64,000 nucleotides of DNA, taken from the NCBI GenBank assembly GCA_963422375.2, contig CAXXKD010000001.1, forward strand, positions 1 to 64,000. The letters run 5' to 3'. Numbering within the stretch: the first letter of the stretch is position 1; every line of letters starts with the position of its first letter. Under the pieces are notes generated by a model. That model saw only the letters and a program-made list of their open reading frames with translations, did no database searches and was not told where the DNA came from. This stretch comes from Bryobacterales bacterium (GTDB taxonomy: Bacteria > Acidobacteriota > Terriglobia > Bryobacterales > UBA6623). The position numbers were made by a program, and so were the translations under genes. Below, piece by piece: positions 41,942 through 52,856 of the stretch.

Positions 41942-44518
41942 ATGAGAACCGGCAAGTCGCAGGCACGCGCCGGTCGAGTGCTCTCGGTCACGCTCGCTGG
42001 GCTCGCGGCCGCGGTCTTGCTCGCGGCCGCCGAGCTGCCGCCCGCGACGGACCGGCCCGTAGATTTCGAGTCCGAGGTTCGACCGCTCCTCGAGCAGCGG
42101 TGCCATGCCTGCCACGGCCCGGCTAGCTCGATGAACGGCCTGCGCCTGGACCGCCGGGCGGACGCGCTGGCCGGAGGTCACTCGGGACCCGCGGTCGTGC
42201 CTGGGGACTCAGGCAACAGCCGTCTGATCCACATGGTGGCGGGCTACCGGGTCAAGGTGCTCATGCCGCCGGCAGGCGACCCGCTGACCCCTTCCGAGAT
42301 CGGCGTCTTGCGGGCTTGGATCGACCAAGGAGCCGACTGGCCCGAGGACGCCGGCGAGACTGCCCAAGACGGTCCGGCGGGCTCCGGGGACGGCCACTGG
42401 GCCTTCCAGCAGATCCGACGGCCAGAGGTGCCCGCCGGTGCCAACCCGATCGACCATTTCGTTGGCGAGAGGCTGCGGAGGGAGGGACTCGAGCCGGCCC
42501 CGGCCGCGGACCGGTCGGCGCTGCTGACGCGGGTCTCGCTCGACCTGACGGGGCTGGTTCCCTCGGTCGAGGAGCGTAGGGCCTTCCTGCAGGACGAACG
42601 CCCCGGCGCCTACGAGCGGGTCGTCGACCGCCTGCTCTCCTCCGAGCATTTCGGCGAGAAGCAGGCCATGCACTGGCTCGACCAAGTTCGCTACGCGGAC
42701 TCGGACGGGTACGCCAAGGACTACACGCGGCCCCACGCGTGGCGCTACCGGCGCTGGGTGATCGACGCCATCAACCGCGGCATGAGCTTCGACCGCTTCT
42801 CGCTCGAGCAGATTGCCGGAGACCTGCTCCCCGACGCCACGCTCGAGCAGCGAGTCGCCACGGGCTTCCATCGGAACACGCTCCGGAACCGCGAGGGCGG
42901 CGTGAATCCGGCCCAGTACTTCTTCGAGGAGACGGTCGACCGCGCCAGCACATTCGGTACGGTCTGGCTCGGATTGACGGTCGGCTGCGCCCAGTGCCAC
43001 GACCACAAGTACGACCCCATCTCGCAGAGGGAGTTCTACGAGCTGTTCGCGTACTTCGACAACCTCGAGGAAGCGCACGTCTACGCGCCCGTGCCGGGCG
43101 AGATGGGCCCCTACCTGCGAACGGTCAACGAATACCGTCGCCAGCACCGGGAAATCTTGGACGAGTACAGCGTGCCCGAGGTCCAAGCCGCTTGGGAGCG
43201 CGACTGCCTCAAGGCGGGCGCGGACCCGGGCGTCTACTTGGACTGGGACCTAGCCTGGCAGGAGCTCGGCCTGAACACGGACGGCGGGCAGGAAATCGTC
43301 CTCATCCCGCCGGAGAAGCGCACGTGGCGTCAGGCCACGATGATCACCCATTACTTCCTGCGCGCCTACAGCCTTATCGTGGGAGGCGACAAGGCGAAGG
43401 AACTGGGCTTTCCCGAGGCGCTGAAGAAGATTCGGGAGCTGGACCGACGCTACCCTCAGCGGACCGAGGCGCGGGTTGTCCACGAGCGCCAGGATCCGCA
43501 GCCGACGTTCCTGCGCGTGAGGGGAAGCTGGGACCGCGAGGGCATCGAAGTCCGGCCGTCCACGCTGGACGCGCTGCCCGGGCTGGCGGACGCCGGCCCG
43601 ACGCGCCTGGACCTCGCGCGCTGGCTGTTCTCCGCCGGCAACCCTCTGACGGCCCGGGTAGCGGTCAACCGCATCTGGCAGGAATACTTCGGCCGGGGGC
43701 TGGTCGCGACCTCTGACGATTTCGGCGTGCAGGGCGAGAAGCCCAGCCACCCCGAGCTGCTGGACTGGCTGGCGGCGGAATTCCGCGATGCCGGATGGGA
43801 CGTCAAGCGCGTGCACCGGCTTGTCGTCACCTCGGAGACCTACAGGCAGGCGGCCTACCGCTCCGAGGAGGCCGCGGGCCGCGACCCCGCCAACGCCCTG
43901 CTAGCCCGCCAGACTCGCTTGCGCCTCCCGGCCGAGTTGATCTGGGACCGCGCGCTGGTCTCGTCGGGTCTCGTGCATCACGACGTCGGCGGCCCCGGGT
44001 TCCGGCCGGCGATGCCGGACGGCTCGACCGGTCTCAAGACGGGAGGCACGGACTGGGATCCGAGCTCGGGCAGGGAGCGCTTCAAGCGCGGCATGTACAT
44101 CCACTTCCAGCGGACGCAGCCGTATCCGTTCCTTGTGACTTTCGACTCGCCGGAATTCCGCGCGCCGGCTTGCCGGCGGGAGCGGTCCAACACGCCGCTG
44201 CAGGCGCTCAACCTCCTGAACGACCCGACGTTCGGCGAAGCGTGGCAGGCGTTCGCGGTGCGGGTGTTGGCTGAGGCGCCGGGCGGTGGCTTCGAGGGGC
44301 GCTTGCGCCGGGCCTACGAGCTCGCCCTGGGGCGCGAGCCGACGGCGAGCGAGACGGCTGGCTTTTCCGAGTACGTGGCCGAGCGGAGAGCGCAGGCCGA
44401 GGCCGCCGGGACCTCCGCCCTGCCCACGGTCGACGGGATGGACAAGGGCGCTCTGGCGGCTTGGACCGGCGTCGCTCGCATCCTGATGAACCTCGACGAA
44501 TTCGTGACCCGCCCATGA
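41942..44518 (+). CDS. Planctomycete-type cytochrome c / DUF1549-DUF1553 (PSD1) protein
   Basis: CHACH and CAQCHDHKYDP haem motifs; NPLTARVAVNRIWQ, PSHPELLDWLA and TPLQALNLLN. Confidence 0.93.
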   Translation: MRTGKSQARAGRVLSVTLAGLAAAVLLAAAELPPATDRPVDFESEVRPLLEQRCHACHGPASSMNGLRLDRRADALAGGHSGPAVVPGDSGNSRLIHMVAGYRVKVLMPPAGDPLTPSEIGVLRAWIDQGADWPEDAGETAQDGPAGSGDGHWAFQQIRRPEVPAGANPIDHFVGERLRREGLEPAPAADRSALLTRVSLDLTGLVPSVEERRAFLQDERPGAYERVVDRLLSSEHFGEKQAMHWLDQVRYADSDGYAKDYTRPHAWRYRRWVIDAINRGMSFDRFSLEQIAGDLLPDATLEQRVATGFHRNTLRNREGGVNPAQYFFEETVDRASTFGTVWLGLTVGCAQCHDHKYDPISQREFYELFAYFDNLEEAHVYAPVPGEMGPYLRTVNEYRRQHREILDEYSVPEVQAAWERDCLKAGADPGVYLDWDLAWQELGLNTDGGQEIVLIPPEKRTWRQATMITHYFLRAYSLIVGGDKAKELGFPEALKKIRELDRRYPQRTEARVVHERQDPQPTFLRVRGSWDREGIEVRPSTLDALPGLADAGPTRLDLARWLFSAGNPLTARVAVNRIWQEYFGRGLVATSDDFGVQGEKPSHPELLDWLAAEFRDAGWDVKRVHRLVVTSETYRQAAYRSEEAAGRDPANALLARQTRLRLPAELIWDRALVSSGLVHHDVGGPGFRPAMPDGSTGLKTGGTDWDPSSGRERFKRGMYIHFQRTQPYPFLVTFDSPEFRAPACRRERSNTPLQALNLLNDPTFGEAWQAFAVRVLAEAPGGGFEGRLRRAYELALGREPTASETAGFSEYVAERRAQAEAAGTSALPTVDGMDKGALAAWTGVARILMNLDEFVTRP

Positions 44519-45948
44519 CCTCGAAAGAGTTTCTGACCATCCAGTCGCGGCGCGACTTCCTCGACCGCACTCTCTACGGCCTCGGCACCGGGGTGCTGGC
44601 TCACTTGCTGGGCGCCGAGGGCCGGGCCGCGGTCTCGCGCCCCGACGCGCTGGCCCCGCTCGAGCCGCACTTCGCTCCCAAGGCCCGGAACGTCATCTTC
44701 CTGTTCCAAGGGGGCGCGCCGAGCCAGATCGACCTGTTCGACCCGAAGCCCAAACTGCACGAGTGGGACGGCAAGCCCCTGCCGGAGTCCTTGGTGAAGG
44801 ACATGCAGCTGGCCTTCATCAAGCCGACGGCCAAGGTGCTGGCGAGCCGTCGCCAGTTCCGGCCCGCCGGGCAGTCGGGCATCGAGCTCTCGGAATGGCT
44901 GCCGCACACCGCGGAGATTGCCGACGAGATCTGCCTTGTGCGCTCGATGCACGGCGAGGCGATCAACCATCACCCGGGCCAGTCGCTGCTGATGAGCGGG
45001 AGCCCGCTGCCCGGTCGTCCTACCATCGGCTCCTGGGTGACTTACGGACTGGGGAGCGAGTCGAGCGACCTGCCCGGCTTCGTGGTGCTCAAGACCGGGA
45101 GCTCGACCCAGGGCAGCACAGGCAACTGGACTAACGGCTTCCTTCCGTCGAACTACCAAGGCGTGCTGTTGCGCAGCCAGGGCGACCCCATCCTGCACCT
45201 CTCGAATCCGGAGGGCGTGTCGATGGCGATGCAGCAGCGGGACTTGGAGATGATCCGGGAACTGAACACCGCGCAGATCGAGCGGACCGGCGACGCGGAA
45301 ATCGCCTCCCGGATTGCCGCGTACGAGCTTGCGTTCCGGATGCAGGCCGCGGCGCCGGGCCTAATCGATATCTCCGACGAGACGGATTCGACCCGCGAGA
45401 TGTACGGGCTCGACGCCGAGGAGACGCGGGCGTACGGCACGACGTGCCTGCTGGCGAGGCGCATGGTCGAGCGCGGCGTGCGCTTCGTGCTCAACCAGCA
45501 CGCCCAATGGGATCATCACTCGAACCTGGAGAAGGGACTCAGCCAGAAGTGCCGCACCACCGACAAGCCGGTCGCGGCGCTCGTCAAGGACCTCAAGCAG
45601 CGGGGACTGCTGGACGAGACGCTCGTCGTGTGGGCCGGGGAGTTCGGGCGCACGGCCTTGGCGGAATGGCGCAACCCGTCCGATCCGGCGAGTATCGGCA
45701 GGGACCACCACGCCGACGGCTTCAGCGTGTGGGCGGCCGGCGGCGGCATCAAGGGCGGGCAGGTGGTCGGCAAGACCGACGAGCTCGGCCTCACGGTGGC
45801 CGAGGCCCCGGTGCATGTCCACGACCTCCAGGCCACGCTCCTGCATTGCCTCGGTCTCGACCACGAGCGCTTGACCTACCGGCATGCGGGCCGGGACTTC
45901 CGACTCACCGATGTAGGCGGGACGGTCGTGCGCCAGATGCTGGCATAG
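44515..45948 (+). CDS. DUF1501 domain protein (Tat)
   Basis: SRRDFL, FQGGAPSQIDLFDPKP, GEFGRT and GRDHH motifs. Confidence 0.93.
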   Translation: MTSKEFLTIQSRRDFLDRTLYGLGTGVLAHLLGAEGRAAVSRPDALAPLEPHFAPKARNVIFLFQGGAPSQIDLFDPKPKLHEWDGKPLPESLVKDMQLAFIKPTAKVLASRRQFRPAGQSGIELSEWLPHTAEIADEICLVRSMHGEAINHHPGQSLLMSGSPLPGRPTIGSWVTYGLGSESSDLPGFVVLKTGSSTQGSTGNWTNGFLPSNYQGVLLRSQGDPILHLSNPEGVSMAMQQRDLEMIRELNTAQIERTGDAEIASRIAAYELAFRMQAAAPGLIDISDETDSTREMYGLDAEETRAYGTTCLLARRMVERGVRFVLNQHAQWDHHSNLEKGLSQKCRTTDKPVAALVKDLKQRGLLDETLVVWAGEFGRTALAEWRNPSDPASIGRDHHADGFSVWAAGGGIKGGQVVGKTDELGLTVAEAPVHVHDLQATLLHCLGLDHERLTYRHAGRDFRLTDVGGTVVRQMLA

Positions 45949-46093
45949 CCGAGTGTCCGAGCCTCGAGATTCCGCGCTGCGACGGTAGCGCTGGCAGGAC
46001 AGTCGACGTGACCGGCCGTCCCTCCGCTCCTGTCGCATCCGGCGGCTGTCGCAGGCGGGGCGGAAGCCCTGCCGGGCCTATACTTGCGGTGTG

Positions 46094-47589
46094 ATGACCG
46101 GTACGCGTCGCGACTTCTTGGCCGGATTCGGCAGCCTCGCTTCCTTGGGCGCATGCCACTCGCTGCCGGGGCCGCGAGCGACAGCTAGGCCGAACTTCCT
46201 ATTCTTCTTCCCCGACCAGCACCGGTACGACTGGGTCCAGTGGAATCCGCAGGTCCCCGTCCCGACGCCTCATCTGGCCGCATTGCGAGACCGAGGCGTT
46301 TCCTTCCCGAATGCCGTGGTCGATTCGCCCGTGTGCGGTCCTTCGCGGGCGTGCCTCGCCTCCGGCAGCGCCTACGACCGCTGCGGTCTCGCGGACAACA
46401 GGGAGAACTTCCCGACGGATCGGCGCACCTACTACAGGGCGCTGCGGGACAGCGGCTACCACGTGATGGGATGCGGCAAGCTCGACCTGCACAAGGCCGA
46501 CTACTCGTGGGGGCTCGACGGACGGGGGAGCATGGAAGCGTGGGGCTTCTCCGACATGATCGACAACGGCGGCAAGGGTGGCGGAGCCAGCGCCTATCGC
46601 CGGAGTCCGGTCGGCCCGAAGGATCCGTACTACGCCTACCTAGACTCTCGGGAGCCCCCGCTCGGCCAGGCCTGGGCCAGCGAGCTCGAGCGACTGGGCG
46701 AAGTGAAGTGGAATACCTTCTTTTGGAGCGAGGAAGGCGAGGCGCTCCAGGACCTTCTCAGCCGGGAGCGGTGGTGGGGCGAGACGGAGCCCGTCTCGTT
46801 GCCCGACGAGGCGTACTGCGACAACTGGATCGCCCGTAACGGTCTCGAACTGCTCGCCCGGGCGCCAGACGACCGGCCGTGGCACCTCGTGCTCAACTTC
46901 GTCGGCCCGCATCCGCCGATGGATGTGACCCGGTCCATGGCGAGCCGATACCGGGGCCGGACCGAGTGATCGACGGATTCCGCCCGCCGAACGGCTACGA
47001 CGGGCCCGTCCCGGAGGAACAGCATATCCGCATTCGGCAGAACTACTCCGCGATGGTCGAGAATATTGATCGCTGGCTGGGCGCGTTCGTCGAGACGCTG
47101 AAGGACCGCGGCGACTACGACAACACCGTCATCGTGTACTCGAGCGACCACGGCGAGATGCTGGGAGACCGCGGTCTCTGGGGCAAGAGCCTCCCATTCC
47201 AGCCGTCGGCCGGCGTGCCACTCTGCATTGCGGGCCCGGGCATCCGGCAGGGCTTCGAGAGCGCCGCCATGGCCAGCCTCATCGACCTGACGGCGACATT
47301 CCTGGATTACGGCGAGGCGGGTCGACTCGAATACCAGGACGGCCAGTCCCTGCGGCCCTTGCTGGAAGCCGCTAGCGACGAGCACCGAGGCCATTCGAGC
47401 TCGTCGCTGAAGTTTCGCGGGAGTCTCTGGCGCTTCGTCCAGGACCGTCGCTACAAGCTCGTCGAGGGGTTCGGGCAAAGGAGCGTGCAGCTGTTCGACC
47501 GGGAGGCTGACCCGCACGAGCAGGAGGACGTTGCCGACGCCAAGCCGGGCGTGGTGGAGGATCTAGCGAAGCTGATGGCTCGCGCCTGA
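46094..47589 (+). pseudogene. Sulfatase split by a frameshift near 46966
   Basis: The N-part has RRDFL, DQHRYD, CGPSRA and GPHPP. The C-part (46966..47589) has SSDHGEMLGD and LFDREADPHE in another frame. Confidence 0.8.
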
Positions 47590-47705
47590 ATGGCGCTCCG
47601 ACCTGGACTTGTCGGCGGCTCATCTCGGGCAGAAGTCGATTGATGCGCAGCGCGACGCGCCCGGCGGCTGTCTCTAGGATTAGAATCTGAGGCTGGGAGC
47701 ATTGA

Positions 47706-49600
47706 ATGCAAGCTGGACGCTGTATTGCGGTGACTGTTTAGAGTGGATGCGGAAATGGCCCGGCGGGGTTGCCGACCTGATCTATTTGGACCCCCGATTA
47801 CCTCGAAGACTGATTACAGCATTCTATGGAGCAGGAGCAACGGTGCATCGGCAAGGGTGCATGCATTCTCCGACACTTGGGCTTGGGATCATGCGGCCCA
47901 ACAGAGAGTTGATTCCATCGGCAGGTCGATCAATCATCTGGCGCATAAGTCCATTGCCGGCTTGCACATAGCCTTGGGAGACTCCTCCTTGATTGCATAT
48001 TTCAGCTACTTGGTAGAGTGTCTTGCTGAAATGATTCGCATCCTCAAGACTGCTGGGACTATGTTCCTGCACTGCGATCCAACAGTGTGCCACTATTTGA
48101 AGGTCATCATGGACGATATCTACAGTGAAGAAGACATTCAGATCGAGATCGTATGGTGCCGTACTACAGCGCTTACTGACTCCAAGGAATTCGGATCGAG
48201 TACCAATAGAATCCTCTATAACTCTCGAAGCAAGTCCAGAACATGGAATCCGCAGTACCAACCCTATTGTCCGGACTACAAGGGGCGATTCCGATCCAAG
48301 GATAGGGAATCATATATCTGAGTGCAGACACAACGAATTCATCCGGATTTATAATCAACATAATAATTGCAACAATCTTCCGACTTCGTGTAGGTGATCA
48401 GTGGATTTCTGTGATAGAATGGTTGCAGTAAATGAGTCCATTAATGACGCAGATATTTCCCAGATAGTAGTTCCGAAAAGGCATCAAGTTGATCCACGTG
48501 ATCGACATGTTTCCCGATGACCAAGCCGCCGAAAAGTGCTTCGCCGCCATGCGCTGGCCGGACGGTTCCGCGCCACGAACCAAGTGGCCGCCCGGCCGCT
48601 GCAGGGCACGACCGAGGGCGACCTGCAGGGCTTCGTGCGCGTGCGGGTCGCGCCGGGCGCGCAGGTCCACTCTGACAAGGCGGCGGCCTATGCCGGCATG
48701 GACGAGTTCCCGCACGACGGCGTCAAGCACTCCGGAGGCGAGCACGTGCGCGGGGAAACGCATACCAACGGCATCGAATTCTTCCGGGCCCTGTTCAAGC
48801 GCGGCCTCTACGGAACCTATCCCCGGATGAGGGTCCGCCATCCGCGTCGCAACCTCGTGGAGTTCGCGGGACGGCGCAACGCCCGCAACTGCGACACGGC
48901 GGAACGGTTGCGGCGAATGGCGCCGGGCCTGGCCGCCGAGACGCTGAACTACCGGTAGCTGACCGGCAAGGCCGCGGTCGCGGCCTGAGTGGCAGTGGCG
49001 AAGCGGGGTCCCCGCGACCGACGCGGGAGCGGCCGCCGAGGTGTGTTGACCGCAGCGGACCGGAGCAGCGCACTGCGGCGGCACAGCCCAACCGAGCGCG
49101 GCAGCCCGCTGCGGGCGGACTCTGCGCACTAGGTGCGAAGCGCACTTCGGAGCCGGAATCCCTCGAGCGCGATCCGCGTCTGGCCCGGACAACTCGTGAA
49201 GGCAGTCGAGAGCAGGGGCTCCGAAGTCTTCGTCCCTCGGAGGGTCTGAAATCGGCTTGGAGGGGCGCCGCGCCACGCCAAACCGGGCTCCCCGGGGCGT
49301 GCCAGGCGGCCTCCCTAGTCCCCTACGCCGCGAAAACCGCTTGCCCGTGCGCTTCAGATGCAGGTCCACAGTCTAGCCCTACCTCGGCCGCACATGAGGA
49401 GTCCGAGCTAGACGCCGACCTCCCTGATCAGAGCAGTCCTAGCTTGATGGGGTGTCATCGTCACTCAGATATACAATTCCCCAAGGATACGGACGGGCGC
49501 CGTTGGGCGGACGGTGACCTGACCGCCAAGGGGCTGTCCGGAGGAGGTTACGAGTACCAGTACGGGGGAGTCTGATCGCTGTGGCGAGTACCAATTGATT
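47706..49600 (+). pseudogene. Adenine/N4-cytosine DNA methyltransferase pseudogene interrupted by IS1595
   Basis: LYCGDCL, DLIYLDP(P) frameshifted, FLHCDPT..HYLK. Resumes after the IS (GDLTAKGLSGGGYEY) and hits an in-frame stop. Confidence 0.8.
48305..49481 (+). mobile_element. IS1595-family element, internally deleted, degenerate copy
   Basis: TIRs similar to the first copy; 8-bp TSD CAAGGATA at 48297-48304 and 49482-49489. The transposase lacks its central part and has a premature stop. Confidence 0.92.
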
Positions 49601-50354
49601 CCAACGAGACGGATGCGGTAGACATCGGAATCGACGGACAAGGTCTCCTGCTAGCAGAATCGACGGGCGTAGTAAGTCACGCTAGGCCGCAATTGGTCCT
49701 TGATCAGGCCAAGTCCGGCAATTTCTTGCTCTCGCATCTCCGGGACTCTTGCAGGGGCGCTGACCACGAAGGGGCTGCCATGGGGCCCCAAATTACGCTT
49801 GACTCCATGCCCAAGTCTGCCGCTGGGCAAGACAATCGAACGACTGTTCCTTTCTAGGATCGCTTGATAGTGTTCACTCTCCGCGTTCGCCTGCGGTGCA
49901 GGATGCCGGCTAGGTGCCTGTCCGCGAGAACGGTGCGCCCCTCGGCGCTCCTCGGCGGAGCGGATCGTGCGCGCGGCCGTGATGACGGGTGCCTCGGGCC
50001 GAGGGAAGCGGAACACCGATCACTCGAGCCGAGCCTCGGCGAAGAAGGCGAAGAATACGAGGCGTGGCCGGTTGCGCTCCTCGGTCATCTATCGGTCGTG
50101 GCATCGGGGCTGGTGCCGCCTTATTCGATCCGGCGCCTTCGGTGGCAGGCGGCGCTCCGCATTTTGGAGCACCCTCGCTGAGGGTGCGACCGCGCCAACC
50201 GCGCGGACTGCAATCTGCGTTCGCACGGTGCGCTGACGGGCAGCTCCAAGAGCGGGTTGATTCGCGTGAGCGTCGCCCGGCCAATCCATGCGTCACCTCC
50301 ATGCGCGGTTGCCGCGCGACATTCGAGTACAATCATTCCGCAGGAGAATCCCAA

Positions 50355-51362
50355 GTGACACGTTGGATCGCACTCGCCATACTTTCAGTCGGACTCTGCG
50401 GAGCGCAGACGCTCAAGATTGTTGTCGCCGGCCAGAACGACGAAACCATCGCGGACTGGCAAACGGCGTCCGAGAACGTAGAGCTCGTCCGTGTGACCGC
50501 GGAAACCGCCAAGGGCGAGATCGCGGACGCGGATGCCTATATCGGCAACATCAATCCCGAGCTCGTGGAGGCCGGCAAGAAACTGCGCTGGGTGCAGACC
50601 CTCAGCGCGGGCGTGGAGCAGGTCCTCCACAAGTCCGGTTCGGAAGCGCTTGCCAAGAGCGACATCGTCCTCACCAACAACCAGATCGTGCAGGGGCCAG
50701 AGATCGCCGACCACGCCATGGCGCTGCTGCTGACCCTGACTCGGTTCATCCCGACCTACCTGGAGCGCCAGGCGGACGAGAACTGGCAGGGAAGGCCATA
50801 CACCTTGCTCGAGCTCAACGGGAAGAACGCCCTCGTAATCGGCATGGGCGGGATCGGCCTGCAGATTGCGATCCGCGCTTGGGCCCACGGCATGAACGTT
50901 GTCGGGGTGGACCCGGAAGACATCGCGTACTTGCCGTACGTGGATCGGATCGTCAAGCCGGACATGCTCGATCGCGTGATTGGCGACGCCGATGTGGTGT
51001 TCATGGCCGCTCCGCACACCCCTGCCAGCCACAGGATGATCGGGCCGAGCCAGTTCGAGGCCATGAAACAGGGATCGTACTTCATCGCTGTGAGCCGCGG
51101 CGGCACCTACGACCTCGGCTCTCTGGTCAAGGCGCTCGACTCGAAGAGGCTGGCCGGCGCGGGCGTCGACGTGACGGATCCCGAGCCCCTCCCCAAGGGC
51201 CACGCGCTCTGGAAGATGGAGAACGTCGTCATCACGCCGCACATCGCCGGCCGGTCCGACATGGACCGCGGGCGGATGCTTGGCATCGTGAAGTCCAACA
51301 TCCAGCGCTTCGCGGACGGCATGCCGCTGCTGAACGTGGTGGACAAGGAGAAGGGCTATTGA
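50355..51362 (+). CDS. D-2-hydroxyacid dehydrogenase family protein with signal peptide
   Basis: AGGAG RBS; GMGGIG, AVSRG, DVTDPEPLP and ITPHIAG motifs. Confidence 0.92.
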   Translation: MTRWIALAILSVGLCGAQTLKIVVAGQNDETIADWQTASENVELVRVTAETAKGEIADADAYIGNINPELVEAGKKLRWVQTLSAGVEQVLHKSGSEALAKSDIVLTNNQIVQGPEIADHAMALLLTLTRFIPTYLERQADENWQGRPYTLLELNGKNALVIGMGGIGLQIAIRAWAHGMNVVGVDPEDIAYLPYVDRIVKPDMLDRVIGDADVVFMAAPHTPASHRMIGPSQFEAMKQGSYFIAVSRGGTYDLGSLVKALDSKRLAGAGVDVTDPEPLPKGHALWKMENVVITPHIAGRSDMDRGRMLGIVKSNIQRFADGMPLLNVVDKEKGY

Positions 51363-51399
51363 GCCCGGCTGGCCTGGTTTGGGGGAGCAGGGAGGGGGC

Positions 51400-52809
51400 A
51401 TGCCCCGCAGACGGCTCTGGCTACCGGCGCTCGCGGCCCTTGCGGTCGGCTTGGCCTGCGGACCGGCGAACAGCTCGCAGCTCTCGCCCAACATCGTCCT
51501 GATCATCTCGGACGACCACGGCTGGCCCGACTACGGCTTCATGGGGCATCCCGTCGTCCGGACGCCGTTCTTGGACCGCTTGGCTTCCGAGTCGATGGTC
51601 TATACGCGGGGCTACGTGCCGGCCCCGGTTTGCCGTCCGAGCCTTGCGACGATCGCTACAGGCCTGTATCCGCACCAGCACCGGATTACCGGAAACGACC
51701 CGCCGGGCAAGCCCCGCGACCCCGCCAACCGGGCCGACATGGAGGAGGTCTTCGCGAGCAACCTGAACGTCATGGAGGTGCTCGCCCGTTCCGGCTACTC
51801 CAGCCATCAGTCGGGCAAGTGGTGGGAGGGGGATCCGGTAAATCACGGCTTTGACGAGGCCATGACCCACGGCGTCGTGTCGAACCGAGGCAGGCACGGT
51901 GACGACGGCCTCGCTATCGGCCGGGAAGGCATGGGGCCCGTATTCGAGTTCGCCCGGTCCAGACTCGGCCGGTCCGCGCCCCAATCTGACGTCTCGGCCG
52001 GCGAGGGCCCGTTTTTCGTCTGGTACGCTCCGTTTCTCCCTCACACCCCCCACAACCCCCCGGAACGGCTCTTGGAGAAGTACCTAGTGCCCGGTCGCGC
52101 CCCACGGGTGGCTCAATACTACGCGATGGTGGAGTGGCTCGACGAGACGGTCGGCCAGCTGCTGGACTTCTTGGACGGCAACTACGCGGATGGATCCGTG
52201 GAGCAGGATCCCGGTGTGTTGGAGAGACTGCGCAACACCGTCGTGCTGTACGTGGCCGACAACGGCTGGATCGCGGAGGGGAATCGCGAGGACCAGCCGA
52301 CGTCGCGGGCGAAGATGTCGCCCTACGACATGGGAGTGAGGACACCGATCATGATCCGCTGGCCGGGCCGGGTCGCTCCCAGCCGGGACGACCGGTCACT
52401 GGCCAGCAGCATAGACATCGTCCCGACAGTGCTTGAGGCCGCGGGCGTCGAGACGGTCGGTGATCTCCCCGGTATCAGCCTCTTGGACCGGGACGCGCTG
52501 TCTCGCCGGAAGCAAGTGTTTGGCTCGACGTTCGCGCACACGTCCGTGGATGTTCGGGATCCCGCTGCCAACGTGAGGTACCGGACAGTGGTCCGCGAAG
52601 ACGGGTGGAAGCTGGTGTTGCCCTGCCGAGCAAACAGGGACGTCACGCTACTAATCCGAGGCGACATCCCCGACTGGCTGCAGCTCGAGCCGGAACTGTA
52701 CAACGTGCTGGGTGATCCGCATGAGACCAACAACCTAGCCGCCGAGCGGCCCGAGCTAGTCGGCGAGCTGCGGGCTGCCTTGAACGAGTGGTGGGCGGTG
52801 CCTGACTAG
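51400..52809 (+). CDS. Sulfatase (lipoprotein-like signal)
   Basis: PNIVLIISDDHG, CRPSLATIATG, GKWW, PHTPH and DNG motifs. Confidence 0.92.
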   Translation: MPRRRLWLPALAALAVGLACGPANSSQLSPNIVLIISDDHGWPDYGFMGHPVVRTPFLDRLASESMVYTRGYVPAPVCRPSLATIATGLYPHQHRITGNDPPGKPRDPANRADMEEVFASNLNVMEVLARSGYSSHQSGKWWEGDPVNHGFDEAMTHGVVSNRGRHGDDGLAIGREGMGPVFEFARSRLGRSAPQSDVSAGEGPFFVWYAPFLPHTPHNPPERLLEKYLVPGRAPRVAQYYAMVEWLDETVGQLLDFLDGNYADGSVEQDPGVLERLRNTVVLYVADNGWIAEGNREDQPTSRAKMSPYDMGVRTPIMIRWPGRVAPSRDDRSLASSIDIVPTVLEAAGVETVGDLPGISLLDRDALSRRKQVFGSTFAHTSVDVRDPAANVRYRTVVREDGWKLVLPCRANRDVTLLIRGDIPDWLQLEPELYNVLGDPHETNNLAAERPELVGELRAALNEWWAVPD

Positions 52810-52856
52810 CCGTTGCGGAGGGCCGCCCCGGCTCCGCGGCGGAGCGTCGTGCCATC

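Noticed and set aside
49600..50340. Short ORFs between the MTase pseudogene and the dehydrogenase
   Set aside because: No recognisable motifs or RBS; probably decayed intergenic sequence.
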